Source: Dehalococcoidia bacterium | GTDB taxonomy: Bacteria > Chloroflexota > Dehalococcoidia > DSTF01 > RBG-16-68-14 | Reading direction: 5' to 3' | Length of the DNA: 64,000 nucleotides | NCBI GenBank assembly: GCA_040882355.1 | Contig: JBBEBM010000054.1 | Span: 1-64,000 of the forward strand | Shown: positions 49,770-59,324 of the stretch, piece after piece | Position numbering within the stretch: the stretch's first letter is position 1 | Layout of the letters: every line of letters begins with the position of its first letter | Notes under the pieces: generated by a model | Seen by the model: the letters and a program-made list of their open reading frames with translations, nothing else | The model's database searches: none | What the model was told of the DNA's origin: nothing | Translations under genes and position numbers: made by a program

Positions 49770-52013
49770 TCAACGTGTCGACACTAGTTCGCGGGCGGGC
49801 GCCGCGCCCCGCGCCGGCGCCGCTTGCCCGTAGGCGCGAGCGAGCTTCCGCACCGCTTCGATCACGTCTTGCACATCCACCTCGCCCATCTTCGGATAGA
49901 GCGGCAGCGAAAGCAAGCGATCGCTCAGCGCGGCGGCGTGCGGGAGAGTTTCAGGCCGAAGACCGAAGCGCTCCCGGTAGAACGGCTGGACGTGCAGCGA
50001 ACGGAAATGGATGCCTGAGGCCACCTTCTCCGCCCGGAGCGCTTCGACGAACTCATCGCGGTTGATGCTCAAGAGGTCGGTACGCAGCAGAACAACGAAG
50101 AGGTGCCATGCATGATGTACGTCGGGCACACTGCGCAAGATTTCAATCTCCGGCACGTCGGCGAGCGCCTCGCGATACATGGCGGCGTAACGCGCGCGCG
50201 TCTGAAGGAAGCCATCCAGACGCTGAAGCTGTACGCGGCCGATCGCGGCCTGGAGGTCGGTCATGTTGTACTTGTACCCCGCCTCCAGCGTCTCCCAGTG
50301 TTGCGTTCCGTTCTTGCCGTAACGCTGCCAGGCATCGGCGCTGATCCCGTGGAGGCTGAGCAGCCGCGCGCGATCAGCGAGCGCGTCGTCGTTGGTCAGC
50401 AGCGCGCCACCCTCCGCCGACGTCATGTTCTTGATCGGGTAGAAGCTGAAACACGCGGCTATCGAGCCGTCCAGGTTGCCGATCCGCCGGCCCTTGTACT
50501 CCGCCCCGATAGCGTGGGCCGCGTCCTCGATCACGGCCAGGCCGTGCTCGCGCGCGATGGCGTGGACCGCATCCATGTCGACGGGGTGGCCGGCCATGTG
50601 CACCGGGATGATCGCCTTCGTTCGCGGGGTGATCTTGCGCTCGATTTCCCGCGGGTCGATGTTGAGCGTTGTCGGGTCCACATCGGCAAACACAGGCGTG
50701 GCGCCCTGGTGGATGACCACGTTCGCGGTCGCCGGGAACGTGATCGGCGACGTGATCACCTCGTCACCCGAGCCGATGTCCAGGGCGGCGAGGGATAGAT
50801 GGAGCGCCGCCGTGCAACTGTTGACGCAGACAGCGTGCTTCGCGCCGGTGTATTCCGCCAGCTCCTCTTCAAACTTCTTCGTCTTCGGTCCGGTGGTGAG
50901 CCAGCCGGAGCGGAGGGTATCGATCACTTCGCGCTCCTCCTCCCGCCCAACAAGCGGCTGGGCAAAGAGCAGCATCTCCTCACGCACAGGGTCTCCGCCC
51001 TCCAGCGCCGGCGTGTCGTCGCACTCTCGCAGGTGGCGGACGGTGAAGAAGCGGCTTTCACTGCAGTCACCCATCGCGCCGGAGCGGATCGCGCGGCCGA
51101 TCTCCACGATGCTCTCCTCGACCTTGCACTGCGGCCGGTAGCCGAACACTTCGGCCGACCGCTCGAACGTGACTCGATAGCTGCGCCGATCGTCGTCGTC
51201 CGGCACCGTCTCCACCTTCACGTCCAGGTCCGTGAGCGAGTCGCGCACGATCTCGGCGAGCTGCTGGATCTGGTAGTTCTGCGCATCGCTGCCCAGGTTG
51301 TAGACCTGGTGGTCGATCAGCTCGACGGGCGCCCGGAGCGCGTGCAGGTACGCGCGTGCCGCGTCCACCACGTGGAGGAATGGGCGCCACTGGCGTCCGC
51401 CGCCGGTCACGTGGATCACGCCCTTCTGGACGGCGTTCATCACCATCAGGTTGATTGCTAGATCGAAGCGCATGCGGGGTGAGAGGCCGTAGAGTGTCGC
51501 CATCCGGAACGCCGCAGTGGCCATACCCGGCGCCGGCAACAGCATCAGCCCCTGCTCCGCCTTCTGCTTCATCTGGGCGTAGAGCGAAACCGGGTGCAGC
51601 TCCGACTCCTCGTCGACGATAGGCGCCGGGTTGGAGCCGTAGACGCTGCAGGACGAGGCGAACAGGAAGCGCTGCACGCCGGCTCGGGCGCTGCGCCGCG
51701 CCAGCTCCATCGTCGCTTCGTAATTGATCCGCTCCGTGCGCTTCGGCTTGAGGTCGCACGCCGGATCGTTCGAGAGCGAGGCCAGATGGACCACCGCGTG
51801 CACGCCATCGAGCAGGCCGTCCTGCGCGTCGAGATAGCGAAGATCGCCTTCGACCAGGCGCAGGCGGGCGTGATCGAGCACGGGAGCCAGCGGCTCGCGG
51901 CCGAAGTAGAAGCGATCGAGAACGATCACTTCATAGCCCTCGTCGAGTAGCAGCGGCACGAGCACCGAACCGAGATAGCCGGCGCCGCCGGTCACCAGGA
52001 CACGTTCTGTCAT
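49770..52013 (-). CDS. Bifunctional NAD-dependent epimerase/dehydratase + DegT/DnrJ aminotransferase
   Basis: VLVTGGAGYLG, ASSCSVYG, YAQMK; then SGWLTTGP, NSCTAALH, EDAAHA, FSFYPIKNMT.AEGG. Confidence 0.92.
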   Translation of the reverse strand: MTERVLVTGGAGYLGSVLVPLLLDEGYEVIVLDRFYFGREPLAPVLDHARLRLVEGDLRYLDAQDGLLDGVHAVVHLASLSNDPACDLKPKRTERINYEATMELARRSARAGVQRFLFASSCSVYGSNPAPIVDEESELHPVSLYAQMKQKAEQGLMLLPAPGMATAAFRMATLYGLSPRMRFDLAINLMVMNAVQKGVIHVTGGGRQWRPFLHVVDAARAYLHALRAPVELIDHQVYNLGSDAQNYQIQQLAEIVRDSLTDLDVKVETVPDDDDRRSYRVTFERSAEVFGYRPQCKVEESIVEIGRAIRSGAMGDCSESRFFTVRHLRECDDTPALEGGDPVREEMLLFAQPLVGREEEREVIDTLRSGWLTTGPKTKKFEEELAEYTGAKHAVCVNSCTAALHLSLAALDIGSGDEVITSPITFPATANVVIHQGATPVFADVDPTTLNIDPREIERKITPRTKAIIPVHMAGHPVDMDAVHAIAREHGLAVIEDAAHAIGAEYKGRRIGNLDGSIAACFSFYPIKNMTSAEGGALLTNDDALADRARLLSLHGISADAWQRYGKNGTQHWETLEAGYKYNMTDLQAAIGRVQLQRLDGFLQTRARYAAMYREALADVPEIEILRSVPDVHHAWHLFVVLLRTDLLSINRDEFVEALRAEKVASGIHFRSLHVQPFYRERFGLRPETLPHAAALSDRLLSLPLYPKMGEVDVQDVIEAVRKLARAYGQAAPARGAAPARELVSTR

Positions 52014-52846
52014 TCCAATCCTCCGTCGTTCTTGGCGGGGCGTGCCAACGAGATGCTGAAGGTAAGCTCGCAACGGTCCAGCGCAAAGCCGGAGCGCTCA
52101 TACAGGTTGACGGCAGGCAAGTTGCCCGCCTGGGTCTTCACGTAGGCGGCGCGCATGCCCTCCATGCGGAACCAGTCCAGCGCACCGTCGACCATCGCGC
52201 GGCCGGCGCCACGACGCCGGTGTGTTGCCGATGAGGCGACGAGCGGGATGCGACCTTCGTCGCCGTTCACAGCGCACGAGATAAAGCCGGCGACAGCCCC
52301 GTCCGCCTCGAACACGAGCACCTCCCGCGCGAGGGCGTTGCACAGGTTTGTGATCCACTGCCGGTGGAACGCTTCGACCTGTTCGGCCGTGAAGTGCGGG
52401 TCGGCGCCGAAGCGGCTGTGCGTGAACACAGCGCCCGCCATGTCCCGCAGGGCCGGGAGGTCGGCATCTCGCCAGGGGCGCACGCCGGGCGGGCTGGGAC
52501 GGGGCCGGCGAACGTCGTGGTCGAAGTGGTAGACGAAGTCGACGCCAACGTCGACAAGCCGCAAACCGGCACGCTCCGCTCCGTGTGTGGTCGCCGGGTC
52601 GTCGCCCGGCACGCGATAGATCAGATGATCGTAGTGCTCGGCCCGGGCCTCAGCAAGCAGCGCCTCGAGCAGCGCGTGGACGGCTGCGGCGCGGCCGGCG
52701 CCTGCGGCGGGCTCGACCCCTTCGATGACGCCGAAGGAGCCGTCGAAGAAGTCGCTGTCCCAGTCCAGGCGGCGTACTGCTGCCCTCCCGAGGCTGGGCT
52801 GGTCGACGGAGACGGTCGAGCGCGTTGCGCTCACGAGGCTACTCAT
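52010..52846 (-). CDS. WecD-like GNAT (NDP-amino-sugar N-acyltransferase)
   Basis: LDWDSDFF, SRF..DP, RRRGAG, VKTQAGN.PA..LY...GF; start uncertain (52846/52915). Confidence 0.85.
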   Translation of the reverse strand: MSSLVSATRSTVSVDQPSLGRAAVRRLDWDSDFFDGSFGVIEGVEPAAGAGRAAAVHALLEALLAEARAEHYDHLIYRVPGDDPATTHGAERAGLRLVDVGVDFVYHFDHDVRRPRPSPPGVRPWRDADLPALRDMAGAVFTHSRFGADPHFTAEQVEAFHRQWITNLCNALAREVLVFEADGAVAGFISCAVNGDEGRIPLVASSATHRRRGAGRAMVDGALDWFRMEGMRAAYVKTQAGNLPAVNLYERSGFALDRCELTFSISLARPAKNDGGLE

Positions 52847-52989
52847 AGGTTTTCGTCGCCGGCGGCGTCTAGCTTCGTCGCTGGCCCTCTCTAGATACAA
52901 CTCCAGACTAGTCATCCTGGGTTGAGAAAACCCTTCAGCAGGGTGTAGATGAAGTACGAAGGGAGTTTTGCAGCAGATTCCTGTTGAAT

Positions 52990-54216
52990 CTACCTGTGGC
53001 GCGAACCGGAGGCCTTCGTCAGCGCCTGCTCGTAGATCGCCAGCACACCCTCCACGAGATGGTCTTCCGAGAAGCGCTCGGTGGCTAGCCGGCGGCCCCG
53101 CTCCGCCAACCGGCTGCGGAGGTCCGCGCTCTCCAGCAGCCGGAGCGCAGCCTCGGCGAGCGCCCCGGCGTCGCCGGGAGGAACGACGAGCGCGTGCTCT
53201 TCGGAACGCATGACGTCGGCCACCATACCGACATTCGTCGTTACGACGGGGCGCTCCATCGCCATCGCCTCCAGAACGGTGTAGGGCCCGCCTTCCCAGA
53301 GCGAGGGCATCACGAACACGTCCATTGCCGCCAGCAGTTCTGGAATGTCCCGCCGCTCGCCGAGAAAGAGGAACCGCGAGGCGATCCCTAACGCTTCGGC
53401 TTGTCGCTCGAGGGCAGGCCGCAGCGGCCCATCGCCGACGACCACGAAGCGCGTCCTGGCGCGGCGTTTCGCCATGCGGGCCGCCATCTCCAGGAAAACA
53501 GCGCCGCCCTTCCGCTCCTCGGCGAGACGGGCGACCATGCCCACGACCTCCGCGTCCGGGGCCAGGCCAAGAGCCTCCCGGGCCTGCTGGCCATCGACTT
53601 TCGAGGGGTCGAAGCGAGTCAGATCGATGCAGTTGTGCACGACAGCGAACTTGCGCGCGTCGCGGCCCAGATCGCGCGTGAAGTGCACCATGTTCTGGCT
53701 GGAGACACAGAGCACCGTCGACAGTGCCCGGTCCTTAGCGCGCATGCGCCAGCGTTGCAGCAGCGAAGGCGGCCGTTCGGGCGGCTGGTGTTCCGTGCGC
53801 ACGATCGCCGCCATGCCGGCCAGCGTCGCGGCCGCCATCACCAACTCCCCGCCATACGGGCCCGTCAGGTGGAGGTGGAGAACGCCATGGCGATGGGGGC
53901 GGAGCAGACGTGTCAGCGCGCGCAGGCGCCGGATCGCGCCCCGTGGCCCTTGGCCCTCCGATACGACTCGCACGTGGACACCCACGGCAAGGCAGGCTGC
54001 GCGGAGGGGCGCGATCACATTGTCCGGGGGGCAGATCAGCGTGACGTGATGTCCGCGGCTGCGGAGGCCGCGCGCGAGCTTGAGGATGTGCTCCTCCATG
54101 CCGCCCATCATCCAGCTATTCGTGAACAGGACTACCGGCGGGCGCGGTATCGCAGTCGCGCGGCCATCCTCGAGCGGAGCGCCCGTTAGGCGGTCGGACT
54201 CGCGGAGGGCGCTCAC
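52990..54216 (-). CDS. Glycosyltransferase family 4
   Basis: GGMEE, RL..RKG, DVFVMPSLWEGGP..LEAMA. Confidence 0.93.
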   Translation of the reverse strand: MSALRESDRLTGAPLEDGRATAIPRPPVVLFTNSWMMGGMEEHILKLARGLRSRGHHVTLICPPDNVIAPLRAACLAVGVHVRVVSEGQGPRGAIRRLRALTRLLRPHRHGVLHLHLTGPYGGELVMAAATLAGMAAIVRTEHQPPERPPSLLQRWRMRAKDRALSTVLCVSSQNMVHFTRDLGRDARKFAVVHNCIDLTRFDPSKVDGQQAREALGLAPDAEVVGMVARLAEERKGGAVFLEMAARMAKRRARTRFVVVGDGPLRPALERQAEALGIASRFLFLGERRDIPELLAAMDVFVMPSLWEGGPYTVLEAMAMERPVVTTNVGMVADVMRSEEHALVVPPGDAGALAEAALRLLESADLRSRLAERGRRLATERFSEDHLVEGVLAIYEQALTKASGSRHR

Positions 54217-55460
54217 GCGCGTCGCCCGGTCCTGGCGGCCAGCGCTTTCGCGAACACGCCCAGGTAGCCATCAGCCATGCGTTCGATCGAGAAGCGCTCC
54301 AGCGCGGTCTCACGAGCGGCAGCGGCCGTTCGCGCGCGGAGCTCATCATCCAGGAGCAGCGCCATCGTCGCTTCCGCGAGCGCGCTGGAATCGCCCGGCG
54401 GCACGATCAGGCCGTTGCCGCCGTCTGCGATCACCTCCGGAACCATGCCGACGCGACTGGCAACCACGGGCATGCGCATCGCCATCGCTTCGAGCAGGCT
54501 CGTGGGCCCGCCCTCGAACAAGGATGGCATGACGAAGACGTCCATCGCCGCCAGCACGGCCGGTACGTCCGCCCGCCAGCCGGCGAACGTCACGCGTTCG
54601 CTGATTCCCAGCACCGCCGCCCGCTCTTCCAGACGCGGGCGTAGGACGCCATCGCCGACGATGAGGAATTGCGCGTCCGGCACGCTGGCCACGGTGCGCG
54701 CGGCCATCTCCAGAAAGTCATCGAGACCCTTTCGCTCGTCGTCCAGCCGGGACACGGTGCCGACGACGAGATCAGCCGGACCGTAGCCGAAGCTATCGCG
54801 GACCGCCGCCCTGCCCGTACCAGGCACGAAGCGGTCCAGCTCGATTCCCGTGTTGACGACGTCGACCTTGGCCGGCCGTCGTCCCATGACTCGAGCGAAC
54901 GCTTCGCGGTTCTCGATCGCACCGACGACGACGCGGTCCGTGAGCGCGTCCTTGAACCAGAGCGCGACCTTTTCCCTGAAGCTGATTGGCGGCTCGGGAG
55001 GCGTTAGGTCGGCCCGGACGACGGCGCCCGCTCCGGCCTGCTTCGCCGCGAGCGTCATGCCGCCGCCCCGCGTAAAGTAGCCCATGATCAGCACAAGCAC
55101 GCTGCCCGGGTGCGCCCGGATGGTGCCGGCGAACGCTCGATGGCGGCGCAGGCGACCTTTCACAGAAACGTCGCCGTCAGCCTCGATCGTGTGGACCTCG
55201 ACATCGGCCTCTGCGAGCGCGCCGCGAACGCCGTTCATAGCCTCCGAACTGTGGCAGACGGCGGCCACCGGGTACCCGCGCTGTCGAAGCGCCCTAGCCA
55301 GCATCATTGCGTACCCGGCCGTGCCGCCCACACCGCCCCACTCGTCCAGGTACAACAGGATGGGCACGCTCACGTCCAGCCGCGACGCGCTCGCCGGGCC
55401 CGTCAGCGGTGCTGTCTCTGCAGCCAAGGTCTCCTCGATGCTCGCCCGGACTTGACTCAC
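54213..55460 (-). CDS. Glycosyltransferase family 4 (tandem paralog)
   Basis: RLDDERKG, DVFVMPSLFEGGP..LEAMA. Confidence 0.93.
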   Translation of the reverse strand: MSQVRASIEETLAAETAPLTGPASASRLDVSVPILLYLDEWGGVGGTAGYAMMLARALRQRGYPVAAVCHSSEAMNGVRGALAEADVEVHTIEADGDVSVKGRLRRHRAFAGTIRAHPGSVLVLIMGYFTRGGGMTLAAKQAGAGAVVRADLTPPEPPISFREKVALWFKDALTDRVVVGAIENREAFARVMGRRPAKVDVVNTGIELDRFVPGTGRAAVRDSFGYGPADLVVGTVSRLDDERKGLDDFLEMAARTVASVPDAQFLIVGDGVLRPRLEERAAVLGISERVTFAGWRADVPAVLAAMDVFVMPSLFEGGPTSLLEAMAMRMPVVASRVGMVPEVIADGGNGLIVPPGDSSALAEATMALLLDDELRARTAAAARETALERFSIERMADGYLGVFAKALAARTGRRA

Positions 55461-56425
55461 TGCGAGTACGCCCCGTACAGCCGCCGGTATGCTCTGCCGC
55501 CTGCCACCGTGAGCACGAGCACGCGCACGAAGCTCGTATAGAACCTGCTGTCCAGCAGGACGGCCGGCGATCGCGAGAGCATCGCGGCCAGCCCCCTCCA
55601 GGCCCGGCTCTTGCGCAGGTGGGACAGGTCGTACCAGAGCTGGAGGAACAACGCGCGCCGGCGAGCGGGCCGCCAGAGCGCCGCCAGCTCGGCGGCGGAT
55701 GGCGGGAGCAGCGCGAAGTTGCGATCGACCACGAGCAGGTTCTCATCGATCGCCTGACCTGGCGTCGCCTTCGCGTGACTCATGTTGTTGTCGTGTACGC
55801 GGTAGGCGTAGCACGGCTCGGCCACGTAACCCACGGCGGAGACGGTCGCGATGCGAAGCCACAGGTCCCAATCGGCGGTATTGGGCAGACGCTGGTCGTA
55901 CCCGCCGAGCTGCTCGAGGCAGGTCCGGCGCACGAGCGTGCCGGAGTGAAGCACGTAGTCGAACTCAATCAGCCGGGTGAACTCGTCCAGACCATCGACG
56001 ACGAGGTCGTGGTCGGAAAACTGCGAAACGGAGCGCTCGCGGCCCGTCGAATCGACCACCTTGTGCGCGCAGTGGACGAACCCGACGTTGGGGTAGCGCT
56101 CGAATAGCGCGACCTGGCGCGCGACGGCGTCGTCCCGCGTGGCGAAGTCGTCCGCGTCGATCGATCCCACGTAGTCCCCTCGAGCCAGCGCGATACCCTC
56201 GTTGTGGCTCCAGATGTGCCCCATGTTGCGTTCGTGACGCACCACCCGTACCCGAGGATCGCTCTCGTAGCGCGCGAGCACGTCGGCGGTGCCGTCGGTG
56301 GACACGTCGTCGATCACGATCAGCTCAAGCTCTTTGAGCGTCTGATTGAGGAGGCTATCGATCGCCTCGCCAATATACCCCTCGTAGTTGTATGAGGTGA
56401 CAACGAAGCTGACTTTGGGCTTCAC
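55457..56425 (-). CDS. Glycosyltransferase family 2
   Basis: VSFVVTSYN, IDDVSTDGT, DADD, DWDLWLR; GTG start. Confidence 0.92.
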   Translation of the reverse strand: MKPKVSFVVTSYNYEGYIGEAIDSLLNQTLKELELIVIDDVSTDGTADVLARYESDPRVRVVRHERNMGHIWSHNEGIALARGDYVGSIDADDFATRDDAVARQVALFERYPNVGFVHCAHKVVDSTGRERSVSQFSDHDLVVDGLDEFTRLIEFDYVLHSGTLVRRTCLEQLGGYDQRLPNTADWDLWLRIATVSAVGYVAEPCYAYRVHDNNMSHAKATPGQAIDENLLVVDRNFALLPPSAAELAALWRPARRRALFLQLWYDLSHLRKSRAWRGLAAMLSRSPAVLLDSRFYTSFVRVLVLTVAGGRAYRRLYGAYSQ

Positions 56426-56432
56426 AGGAGCG

Positions 56433-57998
56433 TTACTCCCCCGGCCCGTCGACAGGCGTCGAACGCGACTCGGCCCGGTCCAAGACGTAGGAACGCAGCG
56501 CCCGGAGGTCCTTCGGCGAGACGGTGCCCAGCGCGAGAGACGCGCCACCGTAGACGGTGGCTCCGACGAGGACCACGAACGGCAGGTACATCTCTCGCAG
56601 CGGCCAGATCAGGGCGGCCATGAGCGCGCCCGCAGCCAGACACTTGAGGGCAACCATCAGGCTGCTCCGCTCGAAGACGCCCTCGCCTCGCAGCAGGAGC
56701 AGACCCATCACCATCATGAACAGCTCGGTGATCACCGTCGCGGTCGCGGAGCCGATAGCACCGTTGTTATAGGCGGCGTCCGTCACCGGGATGAGGATAC
56801 AGTTGATCGCGGGGTTGAGCAGCGCCGCCGCGACCGCCATGATCGCCCACATGCGCTGCTTGTCGAGCGAGTTCAGCGCGGTGCCGATCATCATGTCCGC
56901 CCCCATAATCGGAATGTGCATGGCGAGAATGATGATGAGCGGTGTCGATCGTGTGAACTCGCCCCAGCCGAGAAAGTAGACGAGCGGCTCCGCGATCACC
57001 ATCGTGCCGAGCGCGATCGGCACAGTAGCGACCAGCACGACCTGCATCGCCCGCCGCGCGATCGCATCGAAGGCCGGCCGATCATGCTCCGCGGCGCTCG
57101 CCATCGCCGGGAAGACCGCTGTCATGATAATCATCGGGATGAAGACCGGGATCGAGACGATGCGGTACGCAGCCCCGTACCACCCAATCACGGCCTCCGT
57201 CGTGAAGAAGGACAACAGGATCACGTCGACCTGTCCGTAGATCAGGAGCGCCGACTGCCAGACGAAGAAGGGCAGCCCAGCGAACAGGAGCGGACGCCAG
57301 GTCGCGACGTCGATCCGCCCGCCGATGGCGCGATTCCTGACGACCGCGAGGAAGTAGCCGCCGACCCCAAGCGAGCCGGCGAGCACCCAGGCGAGCACAA
57401 CGCCATGCACACCCTGGCCCTGCGAGAGAAAGAGCGCGACGAGCGCGAGCAGCGTCAATTTCGAGAGCGAGTTGACCAGCGCCACCGGGCGCATCTCCTG
57501 CAGGCCCTGGAGCGTGCCCGTTAGGATGCCCGTCACCGACACGACGGCGATATTGACACAGTACAGATAGATCAGCTCCATGGTGGAAGGGCTGTAGCCA
57601 AGGAGGAGCGCCAGCCCGACAGCCATGCCGCTGGCGGCGAGGACCAGCGGGACACGTGAAGCGAGCGCGTTCAGCACCTGAGGAGCCGCCGCCTGCCTGC
57701 TTCGCGCAACCTCCTTCGTGAGGTAGATGGCTGTGCCCAGGCTGGCGAGCAGCCCGAACAGCTCGGTGAACGAGGAGGCTAGCGTGAGCCGCCCGAGCGC
57801 GACATCGCCGATGTAGCGCGGGAGCACGACCGCGAGACCTGCTGCTGAGAGCCACGTGAAGACCTGGGCGAACCCCAGCGCCAGGATGTTGCGCACAATG
57901 CGCGTGCCGCCGGCGAACCCGTCGCCGCGCGCGGGGCTATCGCCGGCAGGACCGCGCGCGGGCCGCGCTCCGGGGAGTGTTCCGCTTTCAACCGTCAC
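56433..57998 (-). CDS. wzx: Polysaccharide flippase (Wzx)
   Basis: About 14 TM segments, RNIL, PRYIG, IY.QVD..L, G.YGAAYR, GAIG.A.AT; start uncertain (57998/58034). Confidence 0.9.
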   Translation of the reverse strand: MTVESGTLPGARPARGPAGDSPARGDGFAGGTRIVRNILALGFAQVFTWLSAAGLAVVLPRYIGDVALGRLTLASSFTELFGLLASLGTAIYLTKEVARSRQAAAPQVLNALASRVPLVLAASGMAVGLALLLGYSPSTMELIYLYCVNIAVVSVTGILTGTLQGLQEMRPVALVNSLSKLTLLALVALFLSQGQGVHGVVLAWVLAGSLGVGGYFLAVVRNRAIGGRIDVATWRPLLFAGLPFFVWQSALLIYGQVDVILLSFFTTEAVIGWYGAAYRIVSIPVFIPMIIMTAVFPAMASAAEHDRPAFDAIARRAMQVVLVATVPIALGTMVIAEPLVYFLGWGEFTRSTPLIIILAMHIPIMGADMMIGTALNSLDKQRMWAIMAVAAALLNPAINCILIPVTDAAYNNGAIGSATATVITELFMMVMGLLLLRGEGVFERSSLMVALKCLAAGALMAALIWPLREMYLPFVVLVGATVYGGASLALGTVSPKDLRALRSYVLDRAESRSTPVDGPGE

Positions 57999-58007
57999 TT
58001 CACTAAC

Positions 58008-58142
58008 AGCTAAGCAACGTCGCGTTGCGGGCACGTTGAGAAGGGGTGGAGCTTGGATTCAGACAGCTTCGGAGCCGGGCTGGCGCGGCCAACGCCTTCT
58101 CGACTCAGCTTCATCGGCCCGTCAACCGTTTCGGGCCACGAT
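58008..58142. promoter_or_regulatory. Divergent pair of TCAAC boxes
   Basis: Minus: TCCAC-N6-TCAAC-N6-GCAAC (58050-58024)-N10-TTAGCT; plus: TCGAC-N6-TCATC-N6-TCAAC (58100-58126)-N10-CACGAT. Confidence 0.55.
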
Positions 58143-58148
58143 GACAGC

Positions 58149-59318
58149 GTGCAGCAGCGACCGGCCCGCATCCTCTTCCACCCCTTCCACTTCATCGCGG
58201 AGAGCTGGAACGGCATCGATGAGCACCTGCGGCTACTCGCCAAACATCTGGACCGCGACCGCTTCGAGCTGCTGGTCATGGAGCACGCTTCGGACGGCCC
58301 ACAGACCCGCCAGCTCGCCGAACGGGCCAGCCTGCGACTGATCCAGGCGCCGTACAGGCCCGGCGCCAGCGCGCTGACTCGCCTGCGCGCGCTGCGCCGT
58401 GTCTACGCTGGTGAACGCATCGACGTCGTTCATCTGCACAGCCCGGCGGCGGGCGGCCAGGCGGTCGCCGCGCTCGCATCCCGGCTCGCCGGCTGCGCAA
58501 CCATCGCCACCTACCACCAGGTGCAGCCCTGGCGCGCGCCACTGCGAAGCCGCCTGCTCAATCGGCTCGTCCACTCATTCGTCATCGATACCACGATCGC
58601 CGTCTCCACCGGGGTGAGGGCCACGCTGGCAGCGCAGACAGGCGTGCCCGCATCGCGCGTGGTCGTCGTTCACAACGGCATCGATGCGTCGGACCCATCC
58701 CGACGTGCAGCGGACGCCCCATCGCGCGCCCGGGGCGAAGTACGGCTCGCCTACTTCGGCCGCCTCTCGCCTGAGAAGGGGCTAAGCACACTGCTTCGGG
58801 CGCTCGCGCCGCTCGCCGAACGCTGCCCCGGGACGCGGACCTGGATCGTGGGCGATGGACCGCAGCGCGTCGAGCTAGAGGCGCTCGCCGGCCAACTGGG
58901 CGTCGCGAGTCGCGTCCAGTTCTTCGGTTTCCAGCCAGATGCGCGCGCCCTCATGAGCGATGTCGATATCCTGGTCCACGTGCCCGAGTATGAAGGCTTC
59001 GGTTTGGTGGTGCTCGAAGCGATGGCCGCCGGACTGCCCGTGATCGTCAATGACTCACCCGGCGGCCTGGCCGACATCGTCGTGCCGGGCGAGACCGGGC
59101 TGGTCGTGACCACCGGCGACGTAGCTGCGCTCGCTGACGGACTGGCGTTGCTCGTGGCTGACCCGGGCGAACGAGCGCGTCTGGGCGAGAACGGTCGTGT
59201 CCGCTGCGAGCGGGAGTTCTCGGCTCGATGGATGGCAGAGCGCACCGCGGCCGTGTACGAGGATGTCATCTCGCGGCGCGGCGAACAGCCCGCGGCAACG
59301 GGAATACCGCTGCGGTAG
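58149..59318 (+). CDS. Glycosyltransferase family 4
   Basis: GRLSPEKG, EGFGLVVLEAMAAGLP; GTG start inferred from the promoter position (ORF opens at 58053). Confidence 0.92.
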   Translation: MQQRPARILFHPFHFIAESWNGIDEHLRLLAKHLDRDRFELLVMEHASDGPQTRQLAERASLRLIQAPYRPGASALTRLRALRRVYAGERIDVVHLHSPAAGGQAVAALASRLAGCATIATYHQVQPWRAPLRSRLLNRLVHSFVIDTTIAVSTGVRATLAAQTGVPASRVVVVHNGIDASDPSRRAADAPSRARGEVRLAYFGRLSPEKGLSTLLRALAPLAERCPGTRTWIVGDGPQRVELEALAGQLGVASRVQFFGFQPDARALMSDVDILVHVPEYEGFGLVVLEAMAAGLPVIVNDSPGGLADIVVPGETGLVVTTGDVAALADGLALLVADPGERARLGENGRVRCEREFSARWMAERTAAVYEDVISRRGEQPAATGIPLR

Positions 59319-59324
59319 CTGAAT

